Notes: a model not told the origin generated them from the sequence alone. Shown: positions 37,026 through 49,799, counted from the first letter of the stretch. The stretch is 64,000 bases of DNA from Stegostoma tigrinum (GCF_030684315.1 NC_081374.1:12202837-12266836); one strand, 5' to 3'. Translations and numbers: made by a program.

Positions 37026-39212
37026 GACTCCTTTTGTGACAGTTCAGACCAAAAGCTCCAGCTGTTCCCACAACACCAAGGAATCTGTCACAGCTGTGAC
37101 GTTCTGCAGCATTCACACAAATCTGCACTTTGTAATGGCCATCACAGAAGCTAGGACTGACTCTTGGAGGACAAGGACTCATTCTCAACAACAGGCTGAT
37201 GGCACCTGCCACAAATCCTCACATTGCTGATGGGGAACAGAAGTCTGTGAGGCTAAGATGAGCCAGAAAGTCCCTCACAGACAGGAACAAACTGGGGAAA
37301 TGATTCCCAAGTCGGTCGGGTCTTTTGCATGGTGGAGACACAACAGTGGATGACTTCCATCCTTCACTCACGCCTAGAGAGGTCCCCTAGCATCACTGCC
37401 TCTCATTTCCCTCTCTGTCTGCACTCCTGTAACATGTTGTTGTTAGCCAATTACACAAGTATGTCATGCACATGGAGCTCAGCAGGGGAGTGATCTCCAG
37501 AAATCATCCGGTGTCAAAGATCCTGCAACAGCTGCAGTCCAGTGTCGGTCATGTGCCCAGCAGTGTGTGACACCCCTCCCTATCTATTGTCGTCAGCACA
37601 GGCACCAGGGTGAATGTCTCTCTGATGCTGGGAGATACAGAGCCCAGTGTAGACAGACGTGTGACACAGCTGCATGTCTGAGAACAGTGTGATCCAGGTT
37701 TCCTGTCTGGCTCTTTGTGATATTCCAGTCTCCCTTTCAGGCTTCAAACTACACTAAATTGTGTGGATGAAGGATCAAAATTAAAACATTCTGATAAGTT
37801 ATGTTGAAAACTTAAGGCAAGATAGCAATGTAGCAATAATTGAAACGATGCTCACCCCAAGTGACACAAACGAACAGACTGGACAGGTCTAAGAGTGCAC
37901 AAACAGATAAGACTAGTGCTTACAACAATAGCATGAAGACCGAACTGAAGGCTCTGTATCTGAATGTGCATATCATTCATAACAAAGCAGACGATTTGAT
38001 AGCACTAAATACCATAAATAGATAGAACATTGTTGATAGTTCACAGATGTGGCAATAAGATGGCAAAAGCAAGGACTTGAATGGTCAAAGCAAATGTCCT
38101 TCATGAAGAACAGAAGGCTAGGATAAGTAGAGGTGTCGCTCCGTTAATTAAGGGTGATTTTCGTAGAATAGGTACATGGCCTTAAGGTCTGGAGATTAGG
38201 ATGTTTTTGACAGAGATGAGAAATTGTAAAGGTGAGGTCATTTGTAGCACTATATTATAAGTCCAGAACTGTAAGCACGCTGCAGAGTGGAGTATACAGG
38301 ACAAACGTAATGGGTGCTGGTGAAGCATAACTGTAGTGATCATGACATAAAAGATCTGTGGGAAGGTATTTTCTAAGAGGACATAAGGAGTATGGATAGG
38401 GAGATAGGGATCAGTTCAGTGACTGGGAAAATGTTTGGCAAAGGGACTATCATGTGGAATAATGTGTAAGTTTCACTCGGAAATGGTACAACAGAAAAGC
38501 AGCATCGTATTCCAATGGATACAGCTTGTCAGGCTCTCAAGTGCAGAGGGATTGGGGATGTCCTTGGATATGAATCAGAAAAAGTTGCAATATTGATCCA
38601 ACAACTGATCATAGATTGAAGGTTTTTACTTGTTGCAAGGGAATGTAAAAGTAGTGATGGTTTGCCTCAGTTGTAAAGAGTATTGCTGAGAACACATCTG
38701 GTTCATTCGATACTATTTACATCTCTCCAGTAAAGGATACAAATGTGTGACCAGCAGTTCAGACAAAGCTCACCTGACTGATGCCTGACATGGGGAAGTG
38801 TGGTTATCTTATGGGGAAATGCAGGGCAGTTGGGTTTCCAAACAGAAACATACAGCTTTATAGTATTGCCCCTGCTGCCCCTCTCCTTCCAAACGCATGG
38901 ATCTCATGGATCCTTTGGCTCAGACACTACATTCGAAAGGACTGATTTCTGGATTTTAATCAATTTACTAACTGTGAGAGAGATTTCCCATCTTCTATTG
39001 TGTGTTCAAAGCTCAATAACTCTCGGGCTGACCACACACTAAACAACCACACAGCACTGACACATCTCGCTCATGAATTCAATGTTTTGTTGCAACATTT
39101 CAGGAGGTGTGGAGGATCATGAAGTCCGGCATGGCAGTAATTTAATTTTTTTTATTAGCTTCAAGTATAACTAATTTGGTACTGTAATAATTTTAGTTCC
39201 TTGTTTAATCAG

Positions 39213-39453
39213 AGACGTTCTAATGAGGGAATGGACGATAATCCGTTGGCTGCTCTGTGCTGCTCTGGTTGTTTGCTCTGTCTCAATCACGTGCTACACT
39301 CGGTTTCAGACCTTCCAGGTACAATCATTACAACCTTTCTTCCTAACATCGCAACGGTCTCACCTCAGCCCAAAAGCTCAAGCACTTCTAAGGTTGCCTC
39401 TAAAGGCAGCAAATAATCCACAAAGAAATGATTCACACATAAACTGTTCCTGA
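39213..39453 (+). pseudogene. Gene B activating-type TM + tail exon (frame itself intact)
   Basis: CCTTGTTTAATCAG| phase 2 matches the stalk; (R)DVLMREWTIIRWLLCAALVVCSVSITCYTRFQTFQVQSLQ...HINCS*. TM Arg codon at 39244-39246, no Tyr motif in the tail, AATAAA at 39582-39587. Confidence 0.8.
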
Positions 39454-39706
39454 ATGAATCACTGTCACCATTCCAGTGTCAATACAATGGCTTTGGAGTT
39501 CCAGTTTAAACTTATCAGCAAAACGGTTGATTTGTCTGCAGATTTTAGTTTTCAATTTGAAATCTGAGTTTGGGTCAATCAAATAAACAATTCATACAAA
39601 ACAATTCTTTGACTTGAATTGTTATTTTATAATCTTGTCAACATACAAGTGCGACTGAGGGGTGCAAAACAGCATCTAAAATGTATCCAAACTCAGCCTT
39701 AATGTT

Positions 39707-39798
39707 AATAAAATGTGAGGCTGGACGAACACAGCAGGCCAAGCAGCATCTCAGGAGCACATTATCTTGGAATCTCCAGCATCTGCAGTTCCCATTAT
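39707..39798. mobile_element. Penelope-derived micro-insert (two inverted pieces)
   Basis: 15-bp TSD CTCAGCCTTAATGTT at 39692-39706 / 39799-39813. Confidence 0.8.
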
Positions 39799-40504
39799 CT
39801 CAGCCTTAATGTTTCCCATTCTATCAGCTGGAACATCAGACGTATTGAGATGGACATGTACCTGTGAAATAGAATCTCCCCTGGGCCAGTCAGTAGAAAT
39901 ACGGCAGACAAAACTTCACCACTTAAACCAGGCCCTCTCCACCCAGCCTTGCAGCTCTGGACTTTTCACCAGTATCTGTTGAAGGGTCACACCTATGAAT
40001 GAGGCTCAATTCATTCATATTCGTCAGTTCCAGTGCTTTAAGTTATTTCTTATTCTGTTCTCCAGCCAAATAAGAGAAGGATCAACTGGAAACATCAGCC
40101 ACAGAATGCAAATGAAACAGAACTCCACTTGAAGATGGATCAGAAGATATATTGATTCATGCAAGAATGTCCACAATATGTTGTTCTTGTATTTAGAAGT
40201 TAGTTTGCAGTATTCCGATATTTCACACTTTAATTCGATCTGAAAGGCTTTGTAAACTCACCATGAAAGAAAGTACTTCTCGATATGTTTACAATTGAAC
40301 CAGGAGAGAGCGTAGTCATTCAGGTCTTAACACTGCACAGCTCAAAGCGCAAAGTCAAAATACATCTTCCAGTTTCCATGACAACCAATTACCCATATCA
40401 ATCGAAGATCAATACAGTTTCTTGTGAATCAGGTCATTGGTTTGTGATGAAAAGAAACTTATTCAACACATAATCAGTAATTGGCTAGCACGCACAATTA
40501 GTCA

Positions 40505-40935
40505 GATAGGAGAGTATAGATTACCAGCTTCTGACAATGACTCCAGGCCTTCAACAGCTGCCAGCCTCAGTGCAAGCACCATGAGGGCCCTCCCGAACTG
40601 GTATGGCAGCACCCGTGGCATCGCAACCTCTCAGCCTAGCATTGGTGGTCTGGAGCAAACTCCAAGCCGCATGAACCTCAAGGTGAAGCCTGCTACAGTC
40701 TGAAGCCAAGGCGGGCTGGAGGCTTGCTGCCAGCTCAGTATGGGTTTGAGGACCAGTGTTCTGGGTTTTATTTTCGTGATGCTTGACATTTCATTTCTCG
40801 ATTTTCTGAGACTGTACAACTGAAGAAGCTGTACCCAGGTACATTGGACCCATGATGGCACTGTAACTGGCGATGTAGCAATTTTTCAGTGTACTTATTC
40901 AGTATAAGTGACAATAAAGCTAGCTCTAATTCTAA
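40505..40935 (+). mobile_element. Unclassified retroposon with Rex1-like 3' tail
   Basis: Absent from the paralogous site at ~22460. Ends GTGACAATAAAG..(TCTAAT)n. Confidence 0.4.
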
Positions 40936-41299
40936 GAAGTGTTAACGTTTAACACAGCAAATATCCCCTGACTACACATACAAACATATTCACATACATA
41001 CACATACACTCACATTCTGCAAAATAGAAAACAAAGCAGATTCCTTTGCAGGGACTGAGTCGCTCACATACAAGCACTTTGGCCAGTGGGTTGTTCAAAG
41101 GGAAAAGTATAGGATGCTTCAGAGTCCATTGTTCTGATGTTCTGGCAAGTGTGGTCAAGTAACTAATCACATACTGGCGTCCTCTCAGGAGTCTTGTACC
41201 AGCAGGATGCTCAAGAAATACAATGTTCAGAAGGTCTTTTCATCATTCTTTCAAAAGCACAGTCATGTCTCATCATGTACTGACGTTAAGGTTTGATGT

Positions 41300-43010
41300 T
41301 CAGAAATTATACTGTCACAGTCACGCAACATGGGGAAAGGCCCTTCAATCCAAACGGTTTACACTGTCTACCTTCCCAACTAAACAGTGCCACCTGGTGG
41401 CATTTGGCCCATATCCCTCCATACTTTTTCTCTTCATGTCCTTACCCAAATCTCTTTTAAATGTTGTAACTGTACCTGCATCTACCTCTTTCTCTCGTAG
41501 TTCATTCCACACAAAAAACTCTCCGGGTAAAAATCGTGCTCCTCATCCCTTTCGCCATCATTCTCCACCCTCCTTAAAAATATACCCCCTAGTTTTGAAC
41601 TTCCCCATGACAGGGAAAAAACCTTTGCTATTTACCTAAAGTGTGCCTGTTGTGATTTTATAAACTTCTCTAAAGTCACCACTCACCCTGCTATGCTCCA
41701 GTGGGAAAGAATTACCAGCATATCCAAGCTACTTTTATAACTCAGACCCTGCTTTGTTGTTAATTAAAAGGCATTTCAGCCCTTGTTTGGTCATTATGGA
41801 CAATTAAGTTGAGAAAAGAAATTAGAAAAAGGATACATTGTCAAACCCAGGCCTATGCTTAGCGCAATCTTGACCAAACAAATCACCCTCACAGTCAGCA
41901 AATAGAGAACAATCATCTTCACTTTCGTATGGAGTTACATGCTGGGAATTAGGGGAGTAATGGACAAAGATCTGTGGGAGTTTTAATTTTGTGGTTATAT
42001 TCCTGTTTTTGTAAAGTATTTCCCTGGTTGAAAGAACATTACAGCAGAAGGACAGGTCCTTCGGCCCACCAAGACTGCACTGACATGTGACACCTTCTAA
42101 GCTACAAACCTTTCGCAGCTTTATGGTTCATATCCCTCTCATCCCTGCCTAATGATAGATCTGTGAAGATGTTTCTTAAACATTGCTATTGTACCCATTT
42201 CTACCATCTCCTCTGGCAGCGCAATCCACATGCTTCTCTAAAATACTTGCATCTCATATCTCCTTAAATCTTTCCCACTTGTACTTTAAATCAAAGTCCC
42301 CTCATAACTAATATTTCTACTTGGGGGAAGAAACTCTGAAGATCCATTTGGTCCGAGCGTTTCAAATTTTGGAAACTTCTATCAGGTCTCCCCTTAGCCT
42401 CCAACACTGAAGTGAAAGCAAATTGCATGTCTCAAATCTCTCCTCATAGCTAATTCCCTCCAAACCAGACAACATCCTGCACATTCTCCAAACGCACCAC
42501 ATCCTTCTGGTCATGTGCCAATCAGAACTGTACACAATATTCCAAATTTGCCTCCACTGAAACCCTATACATCCGAAACATATCTTCCCAAATTTTTTAC
42601 TTTAGGCTCCAACAAAAAAAGACAAGCATGTCATACGCATTCTTAATCACCTGATCCACTTCCATTGCCATTTTCAGGGAATTCTGGTCCTGTATGCCGA
42701 GATACCTCTGTACGTTAATGCTTCTAAGAGTTCAGCGATTTACTGTGTTCTTCCCCATTGCAGTCGACCTTCCAAAATGCATCACAGCACGTTTGTTCAG
42801 ATTGACATCCATCAGCTATTTCTCCAACCGAGTCTCCAGACTATCTACGTCCTCTTGGCAATCTTCTTCACCTGTTGCCCCTTCGTGATCTTTCTGTCAT
42901 CTGCATGTCACTTAATCAGAAGCCCTCCATCCTCCACCAATCACTTATATACAGACTACAAGCAACATCGATCCTTGCAGTACACCACTGGTCACAGATC
43001 TCCAGTCAGA
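41300..43010 (-). mobile_element. Two CR1-type LINE 3' fragments (41300-41750, 42032-43010)
   Basis: Reverse-complement RT C-terminus and 3' UTR motifs. Confidence 0.8.
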
Positions 43011-43239
43011 CATGGTGGAACGATACCTGCATCAGTGCAGTTGTTTCAATTATGAAAGCAACGCAAACTGAAGGTAACAGAAAGACAATCACCTGATCAC
43101 TACGCACCAATCAGGGGCTTTCTGTCCAACATGTCCCTTTGCAACATGTGATGTGACAAAGTGCAGCTTCCAGCTCAGCAGCATTCACCTCACTGTTGTC
43201 GTGACGATGAATTCAGTATGTGATTTGTGATCTAATAAT

Positions 43240-43350
43240 GACTGAGGAAGCACCTACAAACATAATGAGGAACGCTGTAGTTGACCAATGAATCCTTCCA
43301 GATTGCCAAATAGGAACTGGTGAAACTCAATTTTAAGCAGGAAATGACAG
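43240..43350 (+). promoter_or_regulatory. Gene C candidate promoter (ETS/PU.1 cluster)
   Basis: GAGGAA at 43244 and 43267, CCAAT 43285, CAGGAAAT ~43338. The third site is TAGGAA, and the TATAAA of copy 1 is TTTAAA here. Confidence 0.5.
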
Positions 43351-43441
43351 TTTTAAATGGGTGTCAACTGATTCAAACACAGACTTCCTGGCAGACAATA
43401 TCGGGACAGCGAAAATTCACCCAACAGAAACATCCGAAGCA

Positions 43442-43481
43442 ATGACAGCAATTGTGTTTTTCATTCTTATCTCTATATCAT
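43442..43481 (+). CDS. Gene C leader (signal peptide) exon
   Basis: GCAATGA start; MTAIVFFILISIS + T|GTAAGT. Phase 1, joins the V exon as ..ISIS-C-SHQLTGP. Confidence 0.88.
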
Positions 43482-44469
43482 GTAAGTTTTCATTAAGACC
43501 AGAATCTTTATTATGATTAAAATGTACTTTGGTAATCAGAGCTGAGAAAGGCCAGAAATGGTTCCTGACACAGTCATCAGTCGGATTGTTGAGATGAATT
43601 AATGCAAAATCACCGACAAGTTCTTTAGAAAGTTGTTACTGTGGTTGAGATCAGCCTGCTTCTCCAGCACCGCCAGCCTGGTTTTGCCTGGTTTGCTTCT
43701 TTCTGTGGGACCCCATTGCACCCGAATGTTTCTGTCCTGTCTGAAAGGAGAGTTCTTTGTCAGTGCAAACACAGGAAAACACACTGCACGCTGTTTTAGA
43801 GACAAAATAAGATCCAGAATGTGGAATCCAAGGTACACAAAGAGGAAGCTGGAAGAACCCACAGGCCAGGTAGCATCTGGAGGAAAGGAGCAATAAATGT
43901 TTCAGATATTACTCTTCAGGGGGATCCAATTGTGTTTGTCACTAAAATAAACAATTTGTAGCGTGGGTTAATCCCAAAAGGTTGACTGCACCTTTCACCC
44001 AGATGCTGTCTGTCCTGCTGTGCTCTTCCAGCCTGCTCTTTCTCTACCTTAAACTGCAAGCTTTTCTTTGAAGTAGCACCTAATGCCACGCAAAGTGCTT
44101 CAGAGAAGGGAGGGCTAGAGTGCAATGGTGTTCTTCTTCAGTGTGCTATGCAAAGGCTCAGGCTCAAACCCCACAATGGTGGATGGAGTCATTTGAACTT
44201 TACAAATCTGAATATCTATCACACCCTTCAGGGAAGGAAATCTGCCAGCCGATATGTGATTCCAGACCTACAGCAATCCAGTTGATGCACAATTGCTTTA
44301 GAAACTCTCAACGTACTCAGCCCAGGGATAATTACAGAGGAACAACATGGGTGTCAGTGAGGGCTGCATTCCTGGAAAGAATTTATGAAATATTTCAAAA
44401 TGTAAAATTTGGCACAGGATCCATTCCATCCAATATCATGCCTTATTCAAAATTAGGCACCATGACATG

Positions 44470-45780
44470 ATGCCTAACTGTATTCTCAGGGACAAGGATT
44501 GATTTGAAATAAGCAGCATGGATTTGTGGTGGGAAATTCTGTTTCATGAACTTGATTGAGTTTTTTTAGTGGAAGAAACATAGAAGATTGAGGGCAGAGT
44601 AATAGACATTGTTTATATGGACTTCAGTAAAGCTTTTGACAAAGATTTGCACAGTTGGCTAATTAGCAAAGTTGGACCACAAGAAACGGGGCTGGGGGGA
44701 GATTGCCAATTTCACATGGAATTGGCTTTATTGGAAGAAACAGAGTGCGGTGGTAGAAGGTTGTTTTTCAGACTGGAGGCCTGTGAACAATGATATTCCA
44801 CACGGATCTGTACTGGGTCCACTTCTGTTTGTCATTTCTGCAAAAAATTTGGATTTACATACTGGAACGTGGTTAGCAAGCTTACGGATGACACCAAGAT
44901 TGGTGGTATAGTCGTCAGTGAAAAGGGTTAACTAAGAATTCAATCTTGATCAATCAGGTCACTCAGCTGGGCAGTGGCAGATGGAGTTTCATTTGGATAA
45001 ACGCAACTTATTGCATTTTGGGAAAACAAACAAGGGCTGGACTCATACAATTAATGGTAGAGCCTTGGGTAGTGTTGTGGAACGGAAAGACTGAGGGGTT
45101 CCGGAACATAATTCTTTGAAATTTGCGCCATACGTAGACAGGGTGGTTAAGAGGATGTTTCGCAAGCAAGTCTTCATTGCGCAGACTTTGGAATACAACA
45201 GTTGGGATGTCATGTTCAGGTATACAGGATGTTGGTGAGGCCTCTTCTGGAATACTGTGTGCAGTTTGGGTCCCCCTGTTGTAGGAAGAATATTATGAAA
45301 ATGGAGGAGGTTTAGAAAAAATTCACAGGATGTTGCCGGAAATGGTGGGTTTGTGTTATGGATGCAAATTGGATATACTGGGACTCTTTCCCACTGGAAA
45401 GTAAGAGGTTAAGGGGTGACCTTCAATTCATGAAAGGCATAGATAAGATGAATAGCAATGGCCATTTCTGTTGGGTGAGGTCATTCAAAACTATGGGGAC
45501 AATATTTTTAAGGTGAGAGGTAAAACATTTAAAAAGAACGTGAGGGATCAGTTTTTTCAACAGAGAATGGTCCGTGTGTGGAATGATTCCCCAGAGAAAA
45601 AGTGGTGTATGCAGGGTCAGTTATTTCTCTTAAAAGACATTTGGATGAGCACATGACTAGGAAAGGTTTGGAAGAATATGAGCTAAATACAGGCAACTGG
45701 CATTAATTTAGTTTGGCTGCATGGCCGGTGTGGAAATGTTGGAATGAAGGATCTGTCACATGCTGAATAATGCTACGACT
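44470..45780 (+). mobile_element. CR1-type LINE fragment in gene C intron 1
   Basis: Paralogue of 30100-31425. Confidence 0.88.
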
Positions 45781-46709
45781 CAAGGAAACTAAAAAGCAAC
45801 TTCAATCAAAGTCACTGATTACCTCCACATAAACAAACTACTCAATGTTAGTAAGGATAGAATACCAGAGTATGGCCCATCAGTCCACAGTCTCACTTGC
45901 TCAGGAAATGTGACAACAGGCTCCAACAAGGTCAACTGTCTGTCTTCTTTCACAAGGAATAATTGATTGGAGGAACAATTAAACATGTCAATATTTTTGT
46001 GAAAGCCATTGACAAGCCAGGGGCTGTGTTTTCCATTGGCACCTTGAGTGAGTGTTCAGGGGATCCAGCAAACAGAACGCATGTGTGTCCAGAAACCTCT
46101 GTTTGCCAGGCCCACCCTAACACCCACAATTCTCTGTGCACTTAGAAATGGGCAGACTGAGAGACGAGTGAGAAGGAATGGAGGAATTCACCTCGAGTGA
46201 GCTTCGTTCATCTTCTCAATACCAAGGATCAGTGTAAATGGAGAAGATAAATCAATCATATCATCAACAATCTTCCCATAAAGCACTGACATGGAGAATC
46301 TGGCACAAAAGATAATCACTTGCTCGTTTTTCACACTGTTGGTTTACAACTTGGATTTACACAGTAATGTAGGTGACAGTTTCGGTGAATGTCACTCACT
46401 ATGAGGAAAACTCAGTATTGAAAAGGCGATGTTTCTTCAGAAGGCATGAAGAAGGGTCCCGAACCAAAAGGTCAACTGTCCTGTTCCTCTGACGCTGCCT
46501 GGTCTGCTGTGTTCATCCAGCACTACCCTGTATTATCTCTGATTCCAGTGTTGTCAGTCCTTACTATCTCTGTGTTGAAAATCTAGTTTGACATCTAAAT
46601 ATAAGGGAGGGTGCTACAACAATGAAACAGGAGTTCTTATTTTATTAAATATTCTGTTTCCTGACTCTCTGACAGGTATTAATAATCGTTCATTGTTATA
46701 TCACAATAG

Positions 46710-47027
46710 GTTCACATCAATTAACTGGCCCCGGGGATGTTCATGGAGAAGTAGGAGGATCAGTCACTGCTGAGTGCAAATATCATCAGAGCTGCAAGGA
46801 AAATGTGAAATACTGGTGTAAAGGTTATCATTACATCCGTTGTTCTATTATTGTTTCAACTGATAACCCACAAAGTGGAAGAGTATCAATGACCGATGAC
46901 AAAAAGCACAACATATTGTCCATAACCATGGACAACCTGATGAAGAGTGATGAAGGACGATACTGGTGTGTTATAGAAAGATTTTTCCCAAATGAGAGGG
47001 TTTCGTTCAAATTAGAAGTTTTTGAAG
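46710..47027 (+). CDS. Gene C Ig V-type exon, CD300/CMRF35/pIgR-like
   Basis: Open, phase 1 to 1; SHQLTGPGDVHGEVGGSVTAECKYHQSCKENVKYWCKGYHYIRCSIIVSTDNPQSGRVSMTDDKKHNILSITMDNLMKSDEGRYWCVIERFFPNERVSFKLEVFE. Has B-strand Cys, KYWC-x7-C extra disulfide and DxGxYWC. Confidence 0.95.
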
Positions 47028-48374
47028 GTAAGATGAATCTGTATTTCTACTTTGTCTGCTTTGCCCAAAATGGAACATTTGAAATCAGAGATACCCTCAA
47101 CTCTGCACTGGGAGTGATCCCCTGTGACAAGTCCTGAGCTCCCCACGGGGTTGGACTCTCATATACTCAAATGTCCAAATCCTGGGAATACTGACGTCTC
47201 ACAGCAAGATCCACCCACTCCATTGGGAAAGAAAGAGGGGAAATAGATTGGGAAAACCTTTCGCAAATGGGAAGCTTAAGCAGGCAGCTGTTCTGTTCAT
47301 GGCCAAAATGTTCTCACCTCATGTTTTTGACCAGCTGCCAGGACTGAAGCAGGGCCGTACCCCAAGGTTATCAGCTGGAGACCTCTCCAACGGGATGGAA
47401 ACCAGGAAAAAGTCAGACTATGTGCTACACAGCCCCTAATCCCCTGTCGCTCATCAGCCTTTACCCTCATTTCTCCCGCATTCCCGTGGTCGCAATGTGG
47501 AGACCGGCTCAGACATTACCCTTGTAACAGTTCGGCACGACCTTAGGTGCATTTTGCCTTAGAAGGCCTTTTACTTGCCTGTCATTGGGGTCATTGTCTA
47601 ATTGAGAAGGACAGTACCATGGATAGAGATGGCCATTGGTGAGGCTACAAGGAGGGTTGGAATATACAATCCAAGCCTGAAGCATTCTCAACATCAAGGT
47701 CAACCATTGCTGCTGAGATGTAGTGGGGGCTGCGGGAGCCCCAAGTGTCTCGGACTGACTGGAATGGAGTGTCCACTGAAGGCTCAGGTGTTTATCTTGA
47801 TGGGTTCCCAATTCACCAGTTCACCCTCCTGATGTCATCTGATTTCATATGGATTGTAATATCCCAAATCTGAGCAAGTTATTGGTTTAGTTATCTATTG
47901 GCTGCTCAGGGTCCTGCTGCTGGCGTTATCCCTAAGCAATGGGAAATTCCATACCGTCACCTTGCCTGTGATTTTCCAAACTCTCCACCTCCCAGCCCAA
48001 CTCCAGAAGACTGGTAACATCAAACCCATTGTTACTGTGCAACTTCCTGTCATATTACTGTCTGATTCATTTATATTTTTCATATCATTGATTTTAAGTT
48101 TGAGTTTTGCTTTTACTTTGACTTTTGGGCAGCCCTGGGAGGGTCTTCCAGGAAGTTGGTTGTGTAGACCAATGCTCCTGAAAGGCAAGGATGCAGTGAA
48201 ACTAGATTGTCTCAGAGTAAAGAGTTGATGTTTGCCGCAGACCAGTAGCATGAAGCGAAAACCCTCAAGAGGTTATGTAAAGCTGGGTGCTTTTGAACTC
48301 CCGTATCTAATAGCTCCAAGAAGAATCTATCTGCGTAGAGATAGTGACTGTAGCAGGAGTACTGTATTTGTTGT

Positions 48375-48495
48375 TAGATAATAAAATGTGAGGCTGGATG
48401 AACACAGCAGGCCAAGCAGCATCTCGCCTGCTGTGTTCATCCAGCCTCACATTTTATTATCTTGGAATTCTCCAGCATCTGCAGTTCCCATTATC
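48375..48495. mobile_element. Penelope-derived fold-back insert
   Basis: Perfect ~35-bp inverted arms. 14-bp TSD ACTGTATTTGTTGT at 48361-48374 / 48496-48509. Confidence 0.88.
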
Positions 48496-49402
48496 ACTGT
48501 ATTTGTTGTGTTTTGATGACTGAACTAGATGTGCTTTTACACTGGAAGAGAGCTGTTACTTTCCTTTCCAATTTGAAACAAATGTTGTTCTACTGTTACT
48601 GCGTGCGGTAATATGTTTCCATTTGTTTTGTAAGCTGATAGTTTGGATTATTCTACTTTCTCTTCATTTGGTTTGTTAATAAAATTCTACTTTATAGTTT
48701 CAACCAATTCTGCAACATTATGTGCAGATGTGCTTTGAGTACTGCACAAAAGCTGTTGTTTCTATTTCCAATTTAAACAGGAAATTCTTGGAATTCATGG
48801 TGTTAAACTTTTGCTGCATGCTTTAATATCTTTGTATTATAAGCCGATATTTGTTTAATCTACTTTATCTTCATTTAGTTTGTTAATAACGTTCTACTTT
48901 ATAGTTAAAACAAGATCTGCTGCATTGTGTATATCTGTTTCAGTTATTGAATACGTCGTTACACTCAAACAGAACAAAATATGATCCATGAAGCCAGATT
49001 TCGGTCTGGGATCTGAGCTGTGCTTTCAAAACATGAAGAGGATTCATAACACTGCCCCATTGCCAGTCAATTACTGTGTGAGCAAATTGTTAACTCACTC
49101 ACGCAGGAATGGCTGAAACATTGATGCATCTCGTGCTGTAATGTCTCACCTCACACTCAGTTTGTGTCTATTTTGTTGCAGTTGCTTCTGAATTTACCCA
49201 ACTGTATAATCGTCTAATACTGGTAATGCAATCATTTCATTTAACTCCAGAATGATCTAGTCATTTGCAACAAAAGCAAGATAATGTGGAAATGTAATGT
49301 TGAAGGAATGATTAACTATGACTTTTAAGTGGTTCCATTGAGGGGAGTCAACTCAGTGGGGAACATAATTTCAACCATTTTCAACAAGTTGCTCCTTTAT
49401 AG

Positions 49403-49511
49403 TGCCTACATGGAGCTCGACAATGGGACCAACCAGCAGCATCGCAGGAACTACTCAGTCTCATGTTACAATGGATCTGACCACATCCTCTGCCACCATC
49501 AGCTCAACCAG
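49403..49511 (+). CDS. Gene C mucin-like stalk exon
   Basis: Phase 1 to 2; (V)PTWSSTMGPTSSIAGTTQSHVTMDLTTSSATISST(S). The phase fits both V and TM exons. Confidence 0.85.
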
Positions 49512-49799
49512 GTTCGTCTGTGAAACGATGAAATCTATGAAGTACATCTTTACCATGATATGAACGTATCATGGTTAAAATGCTCAGGGAGAGCCCAACA
49601 CAATCTATAGTAAATCTCAGGTCATCAAGCACGCACTAGAATAAAGTGGGGCTGGAAAATCAAAAACACAGAAAAGCCAGTGGTTAGTGATTGAGCTGGA
49701 GGGGAGGCGGGTTGACATAGGTATCCTTATTATCCTGCTGTCATAAGATTGAAAACTGCCTGCTGGGCCACTTCATGAGTTATCACTTTATTTTATTCA

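Larger units (their letters stand above)
43184..49700 (+). repeat. High-identity ectodomain cassette, copy 2 (partner 28815-34612)
   Basis: Near-identical to copy 1. Confidence 0.95.

Noticed and set aside
46805-47137. ORF-track 110 aa product as a complete protein
   Set aside because: It starts at an internal GTG and runs through the donor at 47028; the real unit is exon 46710-47027.
28815-49700. B/C duplication as a false haplotype duplication
   Set aside because: Different TM exons, different private insertions and two tiers of divergence argue for real paralogues, though read depth should still be checked.
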